DNA of 63,067 nucleotides, filler included, from Anaerolineae bacterium (GTDB lineage Bacteria; Chloroflexota; Anaerolineae; Epilineales; Epilineaceae): NCBI GenBank assembly GCA_029262755.1. It is 8 parts of 8 records of this genome, joined end to end, with 100 filler letters (N's around TTAATTAATTAA, not from the genome) between each part and the next. Parts side by side here need not be neighbours in the genome. Positions count along the whole stretch, not along the records: positions 17,488 to 27,518 come from JAJCYU010000352.1; positions 27,619 to 32,889 come from JAJCYU010000353.1; 6 more parts are not named here. One strand, given 5' to 3'. Positions 21,833-31,603 of this stretch are shown piece by piece. The notes beneath the pieces are model-generated. The model was given only the letters and a program-made list of their open reading frames with translations. It was not told the DNA's origin and did not search any database. Position 1 is the first letter of the stretch. Each line of letters opens with the position of its first letter. The position numbers were made by a program, and so were the translations under genes.

Positions 21833-24800
21833 CGCCGCATCCGCGCTGCCCGGCGACGTCCTTCCGTCCGTGAGCAGCACGACGACCGGCACGGCGCCCT
21901 GCCGGCGCCCTGCGTTCAAGAGCTCGGCCGCCGCCGCGAGGCCGCGGTCGATGCGCGTGCCCTGGTCCGAGGCGATCGCGTCGATGGCGCGCTCCAAGGA
22001 TGCCCGGTTGCCGGAAAGCGGGTGGACGGCATGGGCGTGGTCGTCGAAGGCCACGACGCCGGCGCGATCGGCCGGCAGCGCGAGGTAGCCCACGAAGGCG
22101 CGCGCCGCGCGACGGGCCGCATCGAGCTTCGTGGGCGATGCCGAGTCGCCGCCCGCTTCGGCGGGGATCAGCATGCTCGACGAAGCGTCCAGCACCACGA
22201 TCACGTCCACCCGGCGCGCCGGGCAGCGGTTCTGCATCGCGATCGGCAGCCAGATCGCACGGTCGCCCGCGACGCGCACGCGGGGCACGGGGAACGCGAA
22301 GCGGCCCGCGTAGCCGACGCCGTCCACGTAGTCGCCGGCGGCCGTCACGTTGGTCGGACGCAGGCCGGCGCGGGTAGGACGTACCCGATAACGAAGGCGG
22401 ACGCCCGCGGCCGGCACGTCGGTCAACGACCAGCGCAGCGTCCGTCCGTCCCAGGACGCGGGCGGGACCGCCGAGCCCTCTTCGTAGGCCATGTCGGCGG
22501 GCAGCTCGTCCGCGATCTCGATGGTGCGCAGTAGGGTCGCGGTGGCGAGGCGGCGCGCGATCCGAACGTAGGCGCGGCCGAGCTCCGCCTCGTTGGGCAC
22601 CGCGAAGACCTGGTCGATTGAACCCGTCAGCTCGGCGAGGAAGGCGGCATCGACGTCATCGCCCAACCCGATCGCGTAGATCGCGACGCCGGCGGCGCGC
22701 GCCGCCGCCGCGGCGAGGCGGGCGGCGCGCGGGCTCTCGGGCAGTCCGGCGGTCAGCAGCACGATCACCGGCGCCGCCTCGGCGCGCGATCGTGCTCCGG
22801 AAAGCTCCGCCGTCGCACGCTCGAGCGCATCGCCGATGTCCGTACCGCCTGAGGCCGTGATGCCCGCCACGGCACGCACGATCGCCTGCCGGTCCGCGCT
22901 CAGCCCAAGCGCCAGCTCTCCCTCGTCCGAGAAGGGCAGCACGGCAACACGCACCGTGGCCAGATCGAGCTCCGCCGTGAATCCGATCGCCGCGGCGCGC
23001 GACGCGGCCAGCTTCGGGCCTTCCATGGACCCGGAACGGTCGAGCACGAGGGCGATGTCCAGCACCGCGCTCTCCGTGGGACAGTCGCCGTCCAAGGTCA
23101 ACGTCACAGTGATGAGCTCGCCGACGCGCACCGCACCCGGCGCCGCGCGTTTGCCCGGTCGCAGCGCACAGCGGTCGTCGCCGAGCGGCGGCGCGGACCG
23201 GGGCGCGTCCGGCGCGACGTCGGGACCCCACCAGAGGAGTCGTCCGGAGCTGGCGCCGACGCCGCTATCTGCTTCGTCGCCGCCCGGTCCCGCTGGCTCG
23301 TCGGCGGCTTCGCCCGTGCCCCCGCGCTCGCCCTCGCCGTCGACGACCACCACGCGGCCCAGCGTGTCCATGTCCAGGTCGATCGCCGTACCACCGGGTG
23401 CGCCCACGAAGGCGGCGACGAGCGTGCCGGCGTCGATTGGCGTCTCTCCCCCGCCGGAGCCGCCATCGCCGCCGCCGGATCGCCCACCAGTGGCGAGCAC
23501 GCGCACCCAGCCATCGTCGCCAAGCACCGCTACACGGGCGCCGTCCGCGCTCGCCGCGATGCGGTCGATGCGCACGGTCACCGCGATGCGCGCCGTCTCG
23601 CGCCCGTCGCGGTCCAGCCGGCGCAGCGCGCGGGCGCTTCGGTCCGCCACCCACCAGCCCGGCCGCCCGTCGTCCGAACCGTCCGCTGCGACGCCGACTT
23701 CCGCCGCCGCGATATCCACGATAACGCCGCCCAGCCCCGTCATCCGCACGGTGCCGTCGGGCGCGCGTTGCACGAGCCGGCCGTGCCCGGCATCGATCGC
23801 CCCGACCGTGCCGTCCGCCGCCACGGCCCCGGCGACGAGCCAGGTGCCGTCGCTCGGCACGAGTTCGCCGGGCGCGGGCGGCGGCGAGCCGGGTACGATG
23901 CCCGCCTGCCAGCGGCGCTCGACGGCGCCGTCCGCGTCCAACGTGAGCAACGCGTCCGGGGCGACGAGCCACGCGCCGCGTGGGTCGGCAGGATAGTCGG
24001 CGCCGTCGGGTGCGACGGGTTCGGTCGGGTCCGGTTCCGTCGGATCGCCGCGCATCGTCGCGACATCCACCACCTCGGGCAAGGGCCATTGTCCGGCCGG
24101 TCGGCCCAAGCCGTCCCAGCCTTGCATGCGCGGCCAGCGGTCCAGCACCACGACACCTGCGGGGACGGCGTCCGGCGCAAAGGGATCGGGCGGATCCGAG
24201 GGATCGAAGGGCTCCTGCCCGCCGTCGCCACGACCCGGTGCTTGCCCCGTTCCGGGCAACGCCGCTACGCGCCTCGCGCCGGCCAACGCACCGAGGGCGG
24301 CCGGCACGTTGCCCCAGCGCCCGTCCGGCTCGACGCCCGCGCGCGGCTCCGGAGCCGCGTAGTGCAGCACGCCGCTCCACGCCGCGCGAGCGTCCTGCAC
24401 GGTCGCCACAATCCCGCCGTCCGGAACAAGCGCCAGGCCGACGCCGCCGTAGTGATAGGGCCCGGGCACCGGCAGGCGCACGAAGCGCCCTTCGCGCAGG
24501 CCGTACAAACGACGGAAGGTCGTGGTCAGCACAAAGCCGCCGCCGGGCGTTACCACCACGTCACGCGGTGCATCGTAGGCGGGCGTCGCGGATTCGCGAT
24601 CGATCTGCTCGACGACCGCCCCATCCGCGCCGAGCACCCAAACCCGCGCCGCGCCGGGATCGGCCACATACACGCGCACCGCCGCCTCGTCCGCGGCCCC
24701 TCCCGCACCGCCGCCGGAACCATCGCTGGAACCATCATCCGCGCCCTCATCCACGTCGATCCCGGTCGGCGCGCTGAAGCCCACGCGCGCGTTGGGCGAT

Positions 24801-25807
24801 CCGCCCGCCCCGTCCTCAGCCCCGACGTCCGGTCCCCACCGCCCCACGACCGTGCCGGCCGCATCGAACACCGTCACCCGCGCCGCCGCGGCGTCCGCAA
24901 CGTACACGCGCGAGCCGTCCGCCCGTGCCGCGATGCCGCCGGGCGCGCCGCCCATCGGCCAGCTCGCCAAGAACCCACCGCTCTCCACGTCGAAGACCTG
25001 CACCCGCCCGTTCCCCGTATCGCTGACAAACACACGCCCGGCTGCGATCGCCACGTCGGCGGGCGCGTGCAGGCGACCGGGCGCGTCGGAGGGGCCGGCG
25101 GCGGCCGCGGCGGACGGCCCGACGGGCGCCGCGCCGATCGTCCGCACACCGGTGCCCGCGGCATCGAGCACGTGGACGACGTGCTCGGCGCGGTCCGCCA
25201 CCCAGATCTGCCCCGCCTCGTCGACATCCACGCCCGCCGCCGCGCCGAAAACGCCGGCCGGACGCCGCTGCGGCCGCGCGGGCTGCTCGGCGAGCAGGCG
25301 CCACGCGGCGAGCGGCGTCGCGGCGGGGGCGGGCGAAGGGACGGGGGTCGCGGCTTGGGCGCCGGGACGGAGCGCGGAGGCGGCGGCGGCGCGGTGCGCA
25401 GGGGCGGCGGCCGCGGCGACGGGGCGGGGGCCGGCGGGGCGTGCGACGGGTCGAGCGGAGACGGCGACTCCCGAGTGGCTCGCGAACTCCGTGAGTCCCG
25501 CGAATTCGGTACGTCCTGCGTGCCCCGTGTGGCCGGCGGCGCTCGCGAAGGCAAGCGCGAAGGCGACGAGTGGGCGGGTGGCGCGCCGGATCTGCCGGTC
25601 GGCGCGGCTGGTGGGTCGCGCGATGCCACGAGTCGACATGAACGAGGTCCCGACGGAGGTCGCGACGGACGTCGCCTCAGGGATCGCGACCGAGGTCGCG
25701 CTAGAGCGCGAGACGGGGATCGCGCAGTGAGGCGCGACCTTGCTCGCACTGGCGGTTGCGCAGGAGTTCGCGACCGGGCTTGTGGACGTTTCGGGCCGTG
25801 TGACCAT
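21647..25807 (-). CDS. Secreted NHL/beta-propeller protein with two VWA domains
   Basis: NHL repeats (PADVAIAAGRVFVSDTGNGRVQVFD, VYVADPG); VWA1 DIALVLDRSGSM; DUF11-like IEIADELPADMAY; IWLPIAMQ motif; VWA2 DVIVVLDASSSM..LLTDG. Start is 25807 or 25639. Confidence 0.88.
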   Translation of the reverse strand: MVTRPETSTSPVANSCATASASKVAPHCAIPVSRSSATSVAIPEATSVATSVGTSFMSTRGIARPTSRADRQIRRATRPLVAFALAFASAAGHTGHAGRTEFAGLTEFASHSGVAVSARPVARPAGPRPVAAAAAPAHRAAAASALRPGAQAATPVPSPAPAATPLAAWRLLAEQPARPQRRPAGVFGAAAGVDVDEAGQIWVADRAEHVVHVLDAAGTGVRTIGAAPVGPSAAAAAGPSDAPGRLHAPADVAIAAGRVFVSDTGNGRVQVFDVESGGFLASWPMGGAPGGIAARADGSRVYVADAAAARVTVFDAAGTVVGRWGPDVGAEDGAGGSPNARVGFSAPTGIDVDEGADDGSSDGSGGGAGGAADEAAVRVYVADPGAARVWVLGADGAVVEQIDRESATPAYDAPRDVVVTPGGGFVLTTTFRRLYGLREGRFVRLPVPGPYHYGGVGLALVPDGGIVATVQDARAAWSGVLHYAAPEPRAGVEPDGRWGNVPAALGALAGARRVAALPGTGQAPGRGDGGQEPFDPSDPPDPFAPDAVPAGVVVLDRWPRMQGWDGLGRPAGQWPLPEVVDVATMRGDPTEPDPTEPVAPDGADYPADPRGAWLVAPDALLTLDADGAVERRWQAGIVPGSPPPAPGELVPSDGTWLVAGAVAADGTVGAIDAGHGRLVQRAPDGTVRMTGLGGVIVDIAAAEVGVAADGSDDGRPGWWVADRSARALRRLDRDGRETARIAVTVRIDRIAASADGARVAVLGDDGWVRVLATGGRSGGGDGGSGGGETPIDAGTLVAAFVGAPGGTAIDLDMDTLGRVVVVDGEGERGGTGEAADEPAGPGGDEADSGVGASSGRLLWWGPDVAPDAPRSAPPLGDDRCALRPGKRAAPGAVRVGELITVTLTLDGDCPTESAVLDIALVLDRSGSMEGPKLAASRAAAIGFTAELDLATVRVAVLPFSDEGELALGLSADRQAIVRAVAGITASGGTDIGDALERATAELSGARSRAEAAPVIVLLTAGLPESPRAARLAAAAARAAGVAIYAIGLGDDVDAAFLAELTGSIDQVFAVPNEAELGRAYVRIARRLATATLLRTIEIADELPADMAYEEGSAVPPASWDGRTLRWSLTDVPAAGVRLRYRVRPTRAGLRPTNVTAAGDYVDGVGYAGRFAFPVPRVRVAGDRAIWLPIAMQNRCPARRVDVIVVLDASSSMLIPAEAGGDSASPTKLDAARRAARAFVGYLALPADRAGVVAFDDHAHAVHPLSGNRASLERAIDAIASDQGTRIDRGLAAAAELLNAGRRQGAVPVVVLLTDGRTSPGSADAALEGAESLRAAGATIFAVGLGANVDGGFLVAIAGAAERYRYAPRAIGLYDIYRGIALGLPCD

Positions 25808-26180
25808 CGTGGCATCTCTTCGGTTGGCAGCGGATGCGGATCCTACCAGGCGCGTCGTCGGCCGCGGGACTGCCCATCACGGCGCGAGTGTACCGCGCAT
25901 GGCGCATCCCCGAACAACGATTTCGACGATGCGGCACGCGTACACATGGCGAGCAACGTCGGTCCGGGAAGCGATGGGCAGGACGTCTATCGTCAAATTG
26001 TCTCGCGTACTCGCTGACGCGCCGGAGCCCTGCATCGCGGTGTCACCGCCACACCCTCTCGGCCTCCACCACGCTGCGCCGGCTTCGCTGCCCCAGCGTC
26101 AATGCACCAGCATCGCTAGACCGTTCTCGCTACAACGTGGTGATATCCCAGATAGAACACTGCTTCGACCCGCGCCGAGT

Positions 26181-27518
26181 TTAGGGACCCGCATCTCCGG
26201 CCGGCTCGAAGTCCATGAGCTCGTGGACGTCGAAGTGGCCGCGATTCGAGTACTCCTCCGTCCGCACGTAGCCGATGCCGGGGCAGAACCATCGGTAGCT
26301 GCCCCACCCCGCACCGCCTACGAAGTGAATGATGGTGCAGACCGCCCGCAGGCCGCCGGGCAGCACCATAGGCTCCGCGACGCTGGCTATCTCGTAGGGA
26401 AACGTCTCTCGTGAGGCCTCGACGACGATATTCAGATCCGGCGGAAGTTTATCCTCAAAGAACGAGCGGAACTGAGGCTCCTGCGCGGCCTCGAGCGCGT
26501 TCGGCCAGCCGCCGCCGTGTAGTGCAGCGAGGCGCGGGAACAGCGACCGCCAGCTCACGCCCGTCGCAGGGCTTTGGTCGCCGGCTTCGTGCTTCAATCC
26601 CTGTCTGAGCGCCCCGCGTTCGATCGCGCTGCGAACCAAGAGGCTGCCGTCCGCCACCAGCCAGGCTGCCTCTACGGTCTCGGTTGTCCATTGCCGCTGC
26701 CATATCACACCATACTGTCGCGCCGTCGATCGCCATACCCAACGGGTTCCGGGACGCAGCGGATAGACGTCCAGAGAGGAAGCAAGATCGCTTGGCAGCA
26801 CCGTCGTAGGTGAGAGAGGCTCACCTAGGGGTGGCATCATCGGCAGCTCCGGCCCCATAAAGTGCTCGGAGAAACGTGAGAAGCGCTCTTCCCCATCCGC
26901 AGCGAACATGACAGGATGTCTGTCATCTCTAGGCCAGTCTCGAGCATCGGCGGACGCGACGGCCGCGATACGATCGGCCACGGCCGACGGAAACCTTGCG
27001 TAGGGAATCGACGCGAGGCGGTCACCCCGATGCGCGTCGAACACAACTAGAAATCGGGCACGTACGGTTGGCTCTTCGTAGAGCCTGTCTCTTGGGGTGA
27101 CCGTGGCTCCCATGCGCATGAGGACAGGCCAAGACGGCGCAACGTCCAGCGTAGACGCCTCCACGACTGCCACCCGCGCTGGCACGGTCACCTCCATGGC
27201 ATTGCCGAGAAAATTCCGAATCTCGCTACTCTGCCCGTCCCACTCCTCTCCGTGGTACGCCTCGACGACCGCGGCGCCGTCCAGGTAGCGTGACCACTCG
27301 ATGCGCCCGTCGAGCTCCGGCAGCATGAATTCCTTCGCGCGCTCTTCGAAGGCGGACAAGGGGAACACGGCGGTCGAAGTGGGCGATGGCGTCACGGTAA
27401 CGGTCGAGCTCGGGTGCGGTGTGGGCGAGTGCCGAGGGAGCGGCGTCGCGGTCGGACGCGGGGTCGCGGTTGGGCGCGGGGTCGGTGGGGTGTTTGGGTT
27501 CGGGTAGGCGACCGAGGA
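26181..27518 (-). CDS. Hypothetical exported protein with Pro/Thr linker, 5'-truncated
   Basis: Frame is open to the contig edge (PNTPPTPRPTATPRPTATP...); C-terminal domain with YPLRPGTRWVW and WFCPGIGYVR. Confidence 0.7.
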   Translation of the reverse strand, partial: SSVAYPNPNTPPTPRPTATPRPTATPLPRHSPTPHPSSTVTVTPSPTSTAVFPLSAFEERAKEFMLPELDGRIEWSRYLDGAAVVEAYHGEEWDGQSSEIRNFLGNAMEVTVPARVAVVEASTLDVAPSWPVLMRMGATVTPRDRLYEEPTVRARFLVVFDAHRGDRLASIPYARFPSAVADRIAAVASADARDWPRDDRHPVMFAADGEERFSRFSEHFMGPELPMMPPLGEPLSPTTVLPSDLASSLDVYPLRPGTRWVWRSTARQYGVIWQRQWTTETVEAAWLVADGSLLVRSAIERGALRQGLKHEAGDQSPATGVSWRSLFPRLAALHGGGWPNALEAAQEPQFRSFFEDKLPPDLNIVVEASRETFPYEIASVAEPMVLPGGLRAVCTIIHFVGGAGWGSYRWFCPGIGYVRTEEYSNRGHFDVHELMDFEPAGDAGP

Positions 27519-27618
27519 NNNNNNNNNNNNNNNNNNNNNNNNNNNNNNNNNNNNNNNNNNNNTTAATTAATTAANNNNNNNNNNNNNNNNNNNNNNNNNN
27601 NNNNNNNNNNNNNNNNNN
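27519..27618. other. Artificial contig spacer
   Basis: N44-TTAATTAATTAA-N44. Confidence 0.99.
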
Positions 27619-27957
27619 ATGCACGAGCGCGCAAGCCCCGATCAAGAGCAGGGGAGCGGCGAGAATCTCCACCGCGGCCGAAGTCGTTGCGGACTCCATT
27701 ACCATCGGCCAAGCCGACGCAACAACCACGGCGCCGGAGAGGAACAGCAGCAATGCCTCCATCGGGCGCGCCCTGTGGCGCAAAGGCAATAGACGCGCAC
27801 CGGTCGGAACGCTCGACGCACGGGGCGGACGATCCGTCGTTGCAGCCCGTTGCAACCGCGGTGCTGCGCGACGCCGCCTCGCGTCGCCTTCGCTGACCCT
27901 ATCCCCGGCAACGCCTTCGCGCGTCACACCACGCCCCGCCGTACCACGCCCGGCCAC
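27619..27957 (-). CDS. Membrane protein N-terminus, truncated; possibly FtsW/RodA family
   Basis: Two hydrophobic segments (MEALLLFLSGAVVVASAW; ILAAPLLLIGACALVH) downstream of an fhaA/fhaB-like pair, where rodA often lies. Start is uncertain. Confidence 0.4.
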
Positions 27958-28032
27958 ACAACGACGCGCCGCATCACGACGCGCCAGAAAACGCCGAATG
28001 CGACTGGTCGGATCAAGAGATCAGTCCGTGCA

Positions 28033-28956
28033 TCAGCCATCGTCCGGCTCCCGATTCGCTTGCATCGAACGCGAGGATACCGTCTCTCGGGGAAGGTGTC
28101 GGCCGACCAGCGTCTCGAGACGCGTGCGCATCGCCGGATCGACGGCCGTTGGATCGGTCTGGATGGCGCCGGCGAGCGCGCTGTGCGCCGGTTGCTCCCC
28201 CAATGCGGCAATGGCGGGCAGCGCCGCGGCCAACAAGGCCTGCGCGCTGCCGGCGGCCGCGCGCATCGTGGCCAACACGTGGGCTACCGAAACGTCGCCG
28301 TGCGTCGGATGCCACACGTCGTAGTCCGTCACGACCGCCAGGGAGGCGTAGGGCAACTCGGCCTCGCGTGCGAGGGCCGCCTCGGGTAACGCTGTCATCC
28401 CCACGAGGTCGCCGCCCACCGTGCGATGGAATTCGCTCTCGGCACGCGTAGAGAATCGCGGTCCATCGATGACCACCAGCGTCCCGCCATCGTGGACCGG
28501 TCGTTCCGCAGCGGGGGCGGCATCCAGCAAGCAACGGCGGCCGGCTTCGCAAAAGGCGGGTGCCAGACCGACGTGGGCGACAAGGCCCGGACCAAAGAAC
28601 GTCCGCACGCGGCGGGTCGTGCGATCGAGAAGATCGTGCGGCACCACGAGATCGCCGGGGCGAAGTTCTTCGCGCAGGCTGCCGACCGCGGTGACGGCCA
28701 CCAAGAATCGCGCCCCGAGCTGCTTGAAGGCAAGGATGTTGGCTCGATTCGGAATGGATTCCGGCGGGAAGGTGTGTCCGTCACCGTGGCGCCCTAGGAA
28801 CCCGACCCGAACGCCGGATAACGTACCGATACGCACGTCGCCGGAGGGCAGACCGAAGGTTGTGGCCGGACGGACCTCGCTCGTGATGTCTAGGCCAGGC
28901 ATGCCCGCCAAGCCGCTGCCGCCCAATACGCCGACATCGATCCGAGGCACGATCAT
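28033..28956 (-). CDS. mtnP: S-methyl-5'-thioadenosine phosphorylase
   Basis: GVLGGSGL, RHGDGH, AVGSLRE, GPRFSTRAES, VGMTALPEAALAREAEL, VTDYDVW. Confidence 0.93.
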   Translation of the reverse strand: MIVPRIDVGVLGGSGLAGMPGLDITSEVRPATTFGLPSGDVRIGTLSGVRVGFLGRHGDGHTFPPESIPNRANILAFKQLGARFLVAVTAVGSLREELRPGDLVVPHDLLDRTTRRVRTFFGPGLVAHVGLAPAFCEAGRRCLLDAAPAAERPVHDGGTLVVIDGPRFSTRAESEFHRTVGGDLVGMTALPEAALAREAELPYASLAVVTDYDVWHPTHGDVSVAHVLATMRAAAGSAQALLAAALPAIAALGEQPAHSALAGAIQTDPTAVDPAMRTRLETLVGRHLPRETVSSRSMQANREPDDG

Positions 28957-29075
28957 GACTTCTCCCTGGTGAAAGTAGGGGCTAAACGCGTCCGAGCTGG
29001 CATTGGCACAGGACGATGCTTCGGTTTCGTGGGCTCGCGTACACGCCTACGATCACCCGGCGCGTCAAAGCGCCC

Positions 29076-29546
29076 TCACAGTTCATGATGGACCAGGCGC
29101 ATTCGCAATCCACCGACCTGAACCAGATCGCCTGAACGTGCCAACACCGGCGTGCCGCTTGCAAGCGATTCGCCGTTGAGCCAACTGCCGTTGGTGCTTG
29201 CCAGATCCTCGACCCACCAGGCGCCATCCCGGCGCACGATCACGGCGTGATGAGCGGACACGCTCGGGTCCCGTAGCACGACGTCGTTGTCCAGCTCGCG
29301 CCCGACGCGGGTTGCCTGCATCACGGGAAACGCAGTGCCAGGGGCCAGCGTAGATGCGCCACCATCGAGCAGGATGAGGCGCGCGGGATCGGGACGGGGC
29401 GTCGGCGCGCCCGTGCTACGCGAGGCAGTGGGATCCTGCGCCCGCAACTCACGCCAACTGACCCACGCCACGGCTCCAAGAAAGGAGTAGAAGAGAATCA
29501 GCAGCAACGCACGCGAGAAAAACAGCTGCGCTTCCCATGCGCTCAT
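29076..29546 (-). CDS. Membrane-anchored FHA domain protein (FhaB-like)
   Basis: N-terminal TM; FHA motifs VGRELDND, SVSAHHA, EDLASTNGS. Confidence 0.9.
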   Translation of the reverse strand: MSAWEAQLFFSRALLLILFYSFLGAVAWVSWRELRAQDPTASRSTGAPTPRPDPARLILLDGGASTLAPGTAFPVMQATRVGRELDNDVVLRDPSVSAHHAVIVRRDGAWWVEDLASTNGSWLNGESLASGTPVLARSGDLVQVGGLRMRLVHHEL

Positions 29547-30358
29547 CGCGGGGCGCGCGCGTCGAATGGGCTCGTTGCCTGTCGATCGGCGTCCGGGCCC
29601 GCGTCCTCTTCGCTCGGTTCGTCGCGCCCAGGGTCGCCCGCCTCGACGACCCGCAAGGCAGCGCGCCCGAGCCGCAGGTCGTCCTTCGGCCGCAGCAGTC
29701 CCGAAACAACGCGGCGATCGTTGACAAACACGCCGTGCCGGCTTCCCTGATCCTCTACGAGCCAATGCACGCCGTGCGGCATCAACAACGCATGGTGACG
29801 CGACACGGACGGCTCCTCTAGGATGAGATCGTTGTCCAGGGCCCGACCGATTCGAACGCCCCCGCTTTCCGCCTGCAGCACGAGGCGCGCACCGTCTCCG
29901 ACGAGGATCAGCGGCGGTGGCGTGCCGGCATGCTCAGGCTGCACGGCGATGGCCATCGTGGCGCCCCCGGGCTCGCTAAGCCCCGCGCCGCCGCCGACCA
30001 GATCGCTCTCGATGCGCATATGCGTCCGCCCGAGACGTGGATCGGGTAGCACGGACACGACGACCTTGCCGAGAAACCCGGCGCCGAGCGCGTCGGCGTG
30101 CTGCCGGAGCGTGGCGGCGAGTTCGCGTTCCAGCTCGTCGCGGTAGGCCGACATATGCTCGGCGGTGGGGAGCGCCAGGTACACCCGATAGCGATTGGGC
30201 GCGTAGCGTGTTCCAGCCCCCACGATGAGGTGGTCCTCGAGGTGCGCGTCCAACCGACGCGTGATGTCGGCCGGTTCGAGGCGACCGCCAAGCGCCGCAC
30301 CGAGACGGCCCTCAAGCCATCCGGCGACCCAATCCTCGAAACGTCGCAACCATTGCAT
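29543..30358 (-). CDS. DUF3662 + FHA domain protein (FhaA-like)
   Basis: LRRFEDWVAGWLEG..LEPADITRRL..YAPNRYRVYL N-terminal domain; FHA IGRALDND, VSRHHA. Confidence 0.9.
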   Translation of the reverse strand: MQWLRRFEDWVAGWLEGRLGAALGGRLEPADITRRLDAHLEDHLIVGAGTRYAPNRYRVYLALPTAEHMSAYRDELERELAATLRQHADALGAGFLGKVVVSVLPDPRLGRTHMRIESDLVGGGAGLSEPGGATMAIAVQPEHAGTPPPLILVGDGARLVLQAESGGVRIGRALDNDLILEEPSVSRHHALLMPHGVHWLVEDQGSRHGVFVNDRRVVSGLLRPKDDLRLGRAALRVVEAGDPGRDEPSEEDAGPDADRQATSPFDARAPR

Positions 30359-30498
30359 GGCCGACAGTATAGACGGTGCCCCCCGCACCTTGAGCGGTCC
30401 ACCCATAAATCGCAACGATCAGACGGCGACCCTACCAGAATCAACAGCACCGCCCGATCGGGCTTGCCGGCCGCGGGGAGCCGGCTATCGTTGCCGCC

Positions 30499-30897
30499 AT
30501 GAACGAGACATGGCTTGGCTGGGTAGTGGCGCACGCGCTGCTGCAAGCGGGGATCGAAGCGGGTGCCGACTCCGGCGGCCCGGGCGGCTGGCGCATCCTG
30601 CTGACGTTCTTCTTGATCGTCACTCCGATCTACCTTTTCATGCTCTTTTTTGTGCGCATCGTGCGCGAGTCCTACGGCTTTGTCGGCGTACGGGACGACG
30701 ACGGGCCCCCCATCCGTGTCTGCTACCAATGCAACAACACCGTATTGGAACCGGGCTACGTTCACTGCCCCTACTGCGGAGAACCGCTGCCCGAGGAGTT
30801 GCCGGCGGATGAGGACTGCGGGGATGCGCCGGATGCGGGCGACGATCCGGAGAGCAGGGTCGCTGAAGACGGCAGCGTTCCTGCACACGATGCGTGA
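30499..30897 (+). CDS. Small membrane protein with zinc-ribbon
   Basis: TM helix, then CYQC-x9-HCPYCG and an acidic tail. Confidence 0.7.
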   Translation: MNETWLGWVVAHALLQAGIEAGADSGGPGGWRILLTFFLIVTPIYLFMLFFVRIVRESYGFVGVRDDDGPPIRVCYQCNNTVLEPGYVHCPYCGEPLPEELPADEDCGDAPDAGDDPESRVAEDGSVPAHDA

Positions 30898-30993
30898 CCA
30901 CAAGGGATGGGCCGCCGAGGTGTTCGACGTTCCCGGGCTGCGATCCTGCATCTCGTTGGGCCGTGCCCGTTGCGCCCCCTATACTCCGAAGCC

Positions 30994-31578
30994 ATGACGG
31001 AAACTGGTGTCGGCCCGCGAATCGGGGCCCTGATACGGGATGTGCTGGAGGCGGTCGCGCTCGCGGTCGTGCTCTTCTTCGTGCTGCAGTTTGCCGTCCA
31101 GAGCACGGTCGTCGAAGGCTTGAGCATGGCGCCGAATTTTGTGGACGGCGAGTGGGTGCTGGTGAACAAGCTGGCCTACCGGAGCGCTCAGCCGAGCCGC
31201 GGCGATGTCGTCGTATTCCACGCGCCCGGTGAGACGGACAAGGACTACATCAAACGCGTGATTGCGACCGCGGGCGAGACGGTCCGAATTCGCGACCAGG
31301 TCGTGCATGTCGATGGCCGGCCCATAGACGAGTTGTGGCAGCCACGCTCGGACGCGACGGCTTTTGGCCCGTACACCGTTGCACCGGGCCGTGTGTTTGT
31401 CATGGGCGATAATCGGCCCAACAGCAACGACTCTCGTTCGTGGCCGGACGCCGGCCTTCCCGTGGATTCCATCGTAGGCAAAGTGTGGATCTCGGTGTGG
31501 CCGCCGCGCACCTTCGGTCTGGTCCGCAGCGACTCGCCGGGGCCGGCCAGCCGCGGTGCGGCCGCGGCCGAACGCTAG
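30994..31578 (+). CDS. lepB: Signal peptidase I
   Basis: GLSMAPN (Ser), DYIKRVIA (Lys), GDNRPNSNDSR. Confidence 0.96.
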   Translation: MTETGVGPRIGALIRDVLEAVALAVVLFFVLQFAVQSTVVEGLSMAPNFVDGEWVLVNKLAYRSAQPSRGDVVVFHAPGETDKDYIKRVIATAGETVRIRDQVVHVDGRPIDELWQPRSDATAFGPYTVAPGRVFVMGDNRPNSNDSRSWPDAGLPVDSIVGKVWISVWPPRTFGLVRSDSPGPASRGAAAAER

Positions 31579-31603
31579 CGCTGCGACGTCCGAAGGCTTC
31601 CGG

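Noticed and set aside
20020..26017. Long ORFs 20020-21789 (-), 22836-23996 (+) and 23768-26017 (+)
   Set aside because: Shadow frames typical of very GC-rich DNA; they have no motifs and oppose well-supported genes.
28957..29075. SAM/SAH riboswitch ahead of mtnP (and of metK)
   Set aside because: No recognisable consensus. metK is internal to an operon whose 5' end is off the contig.
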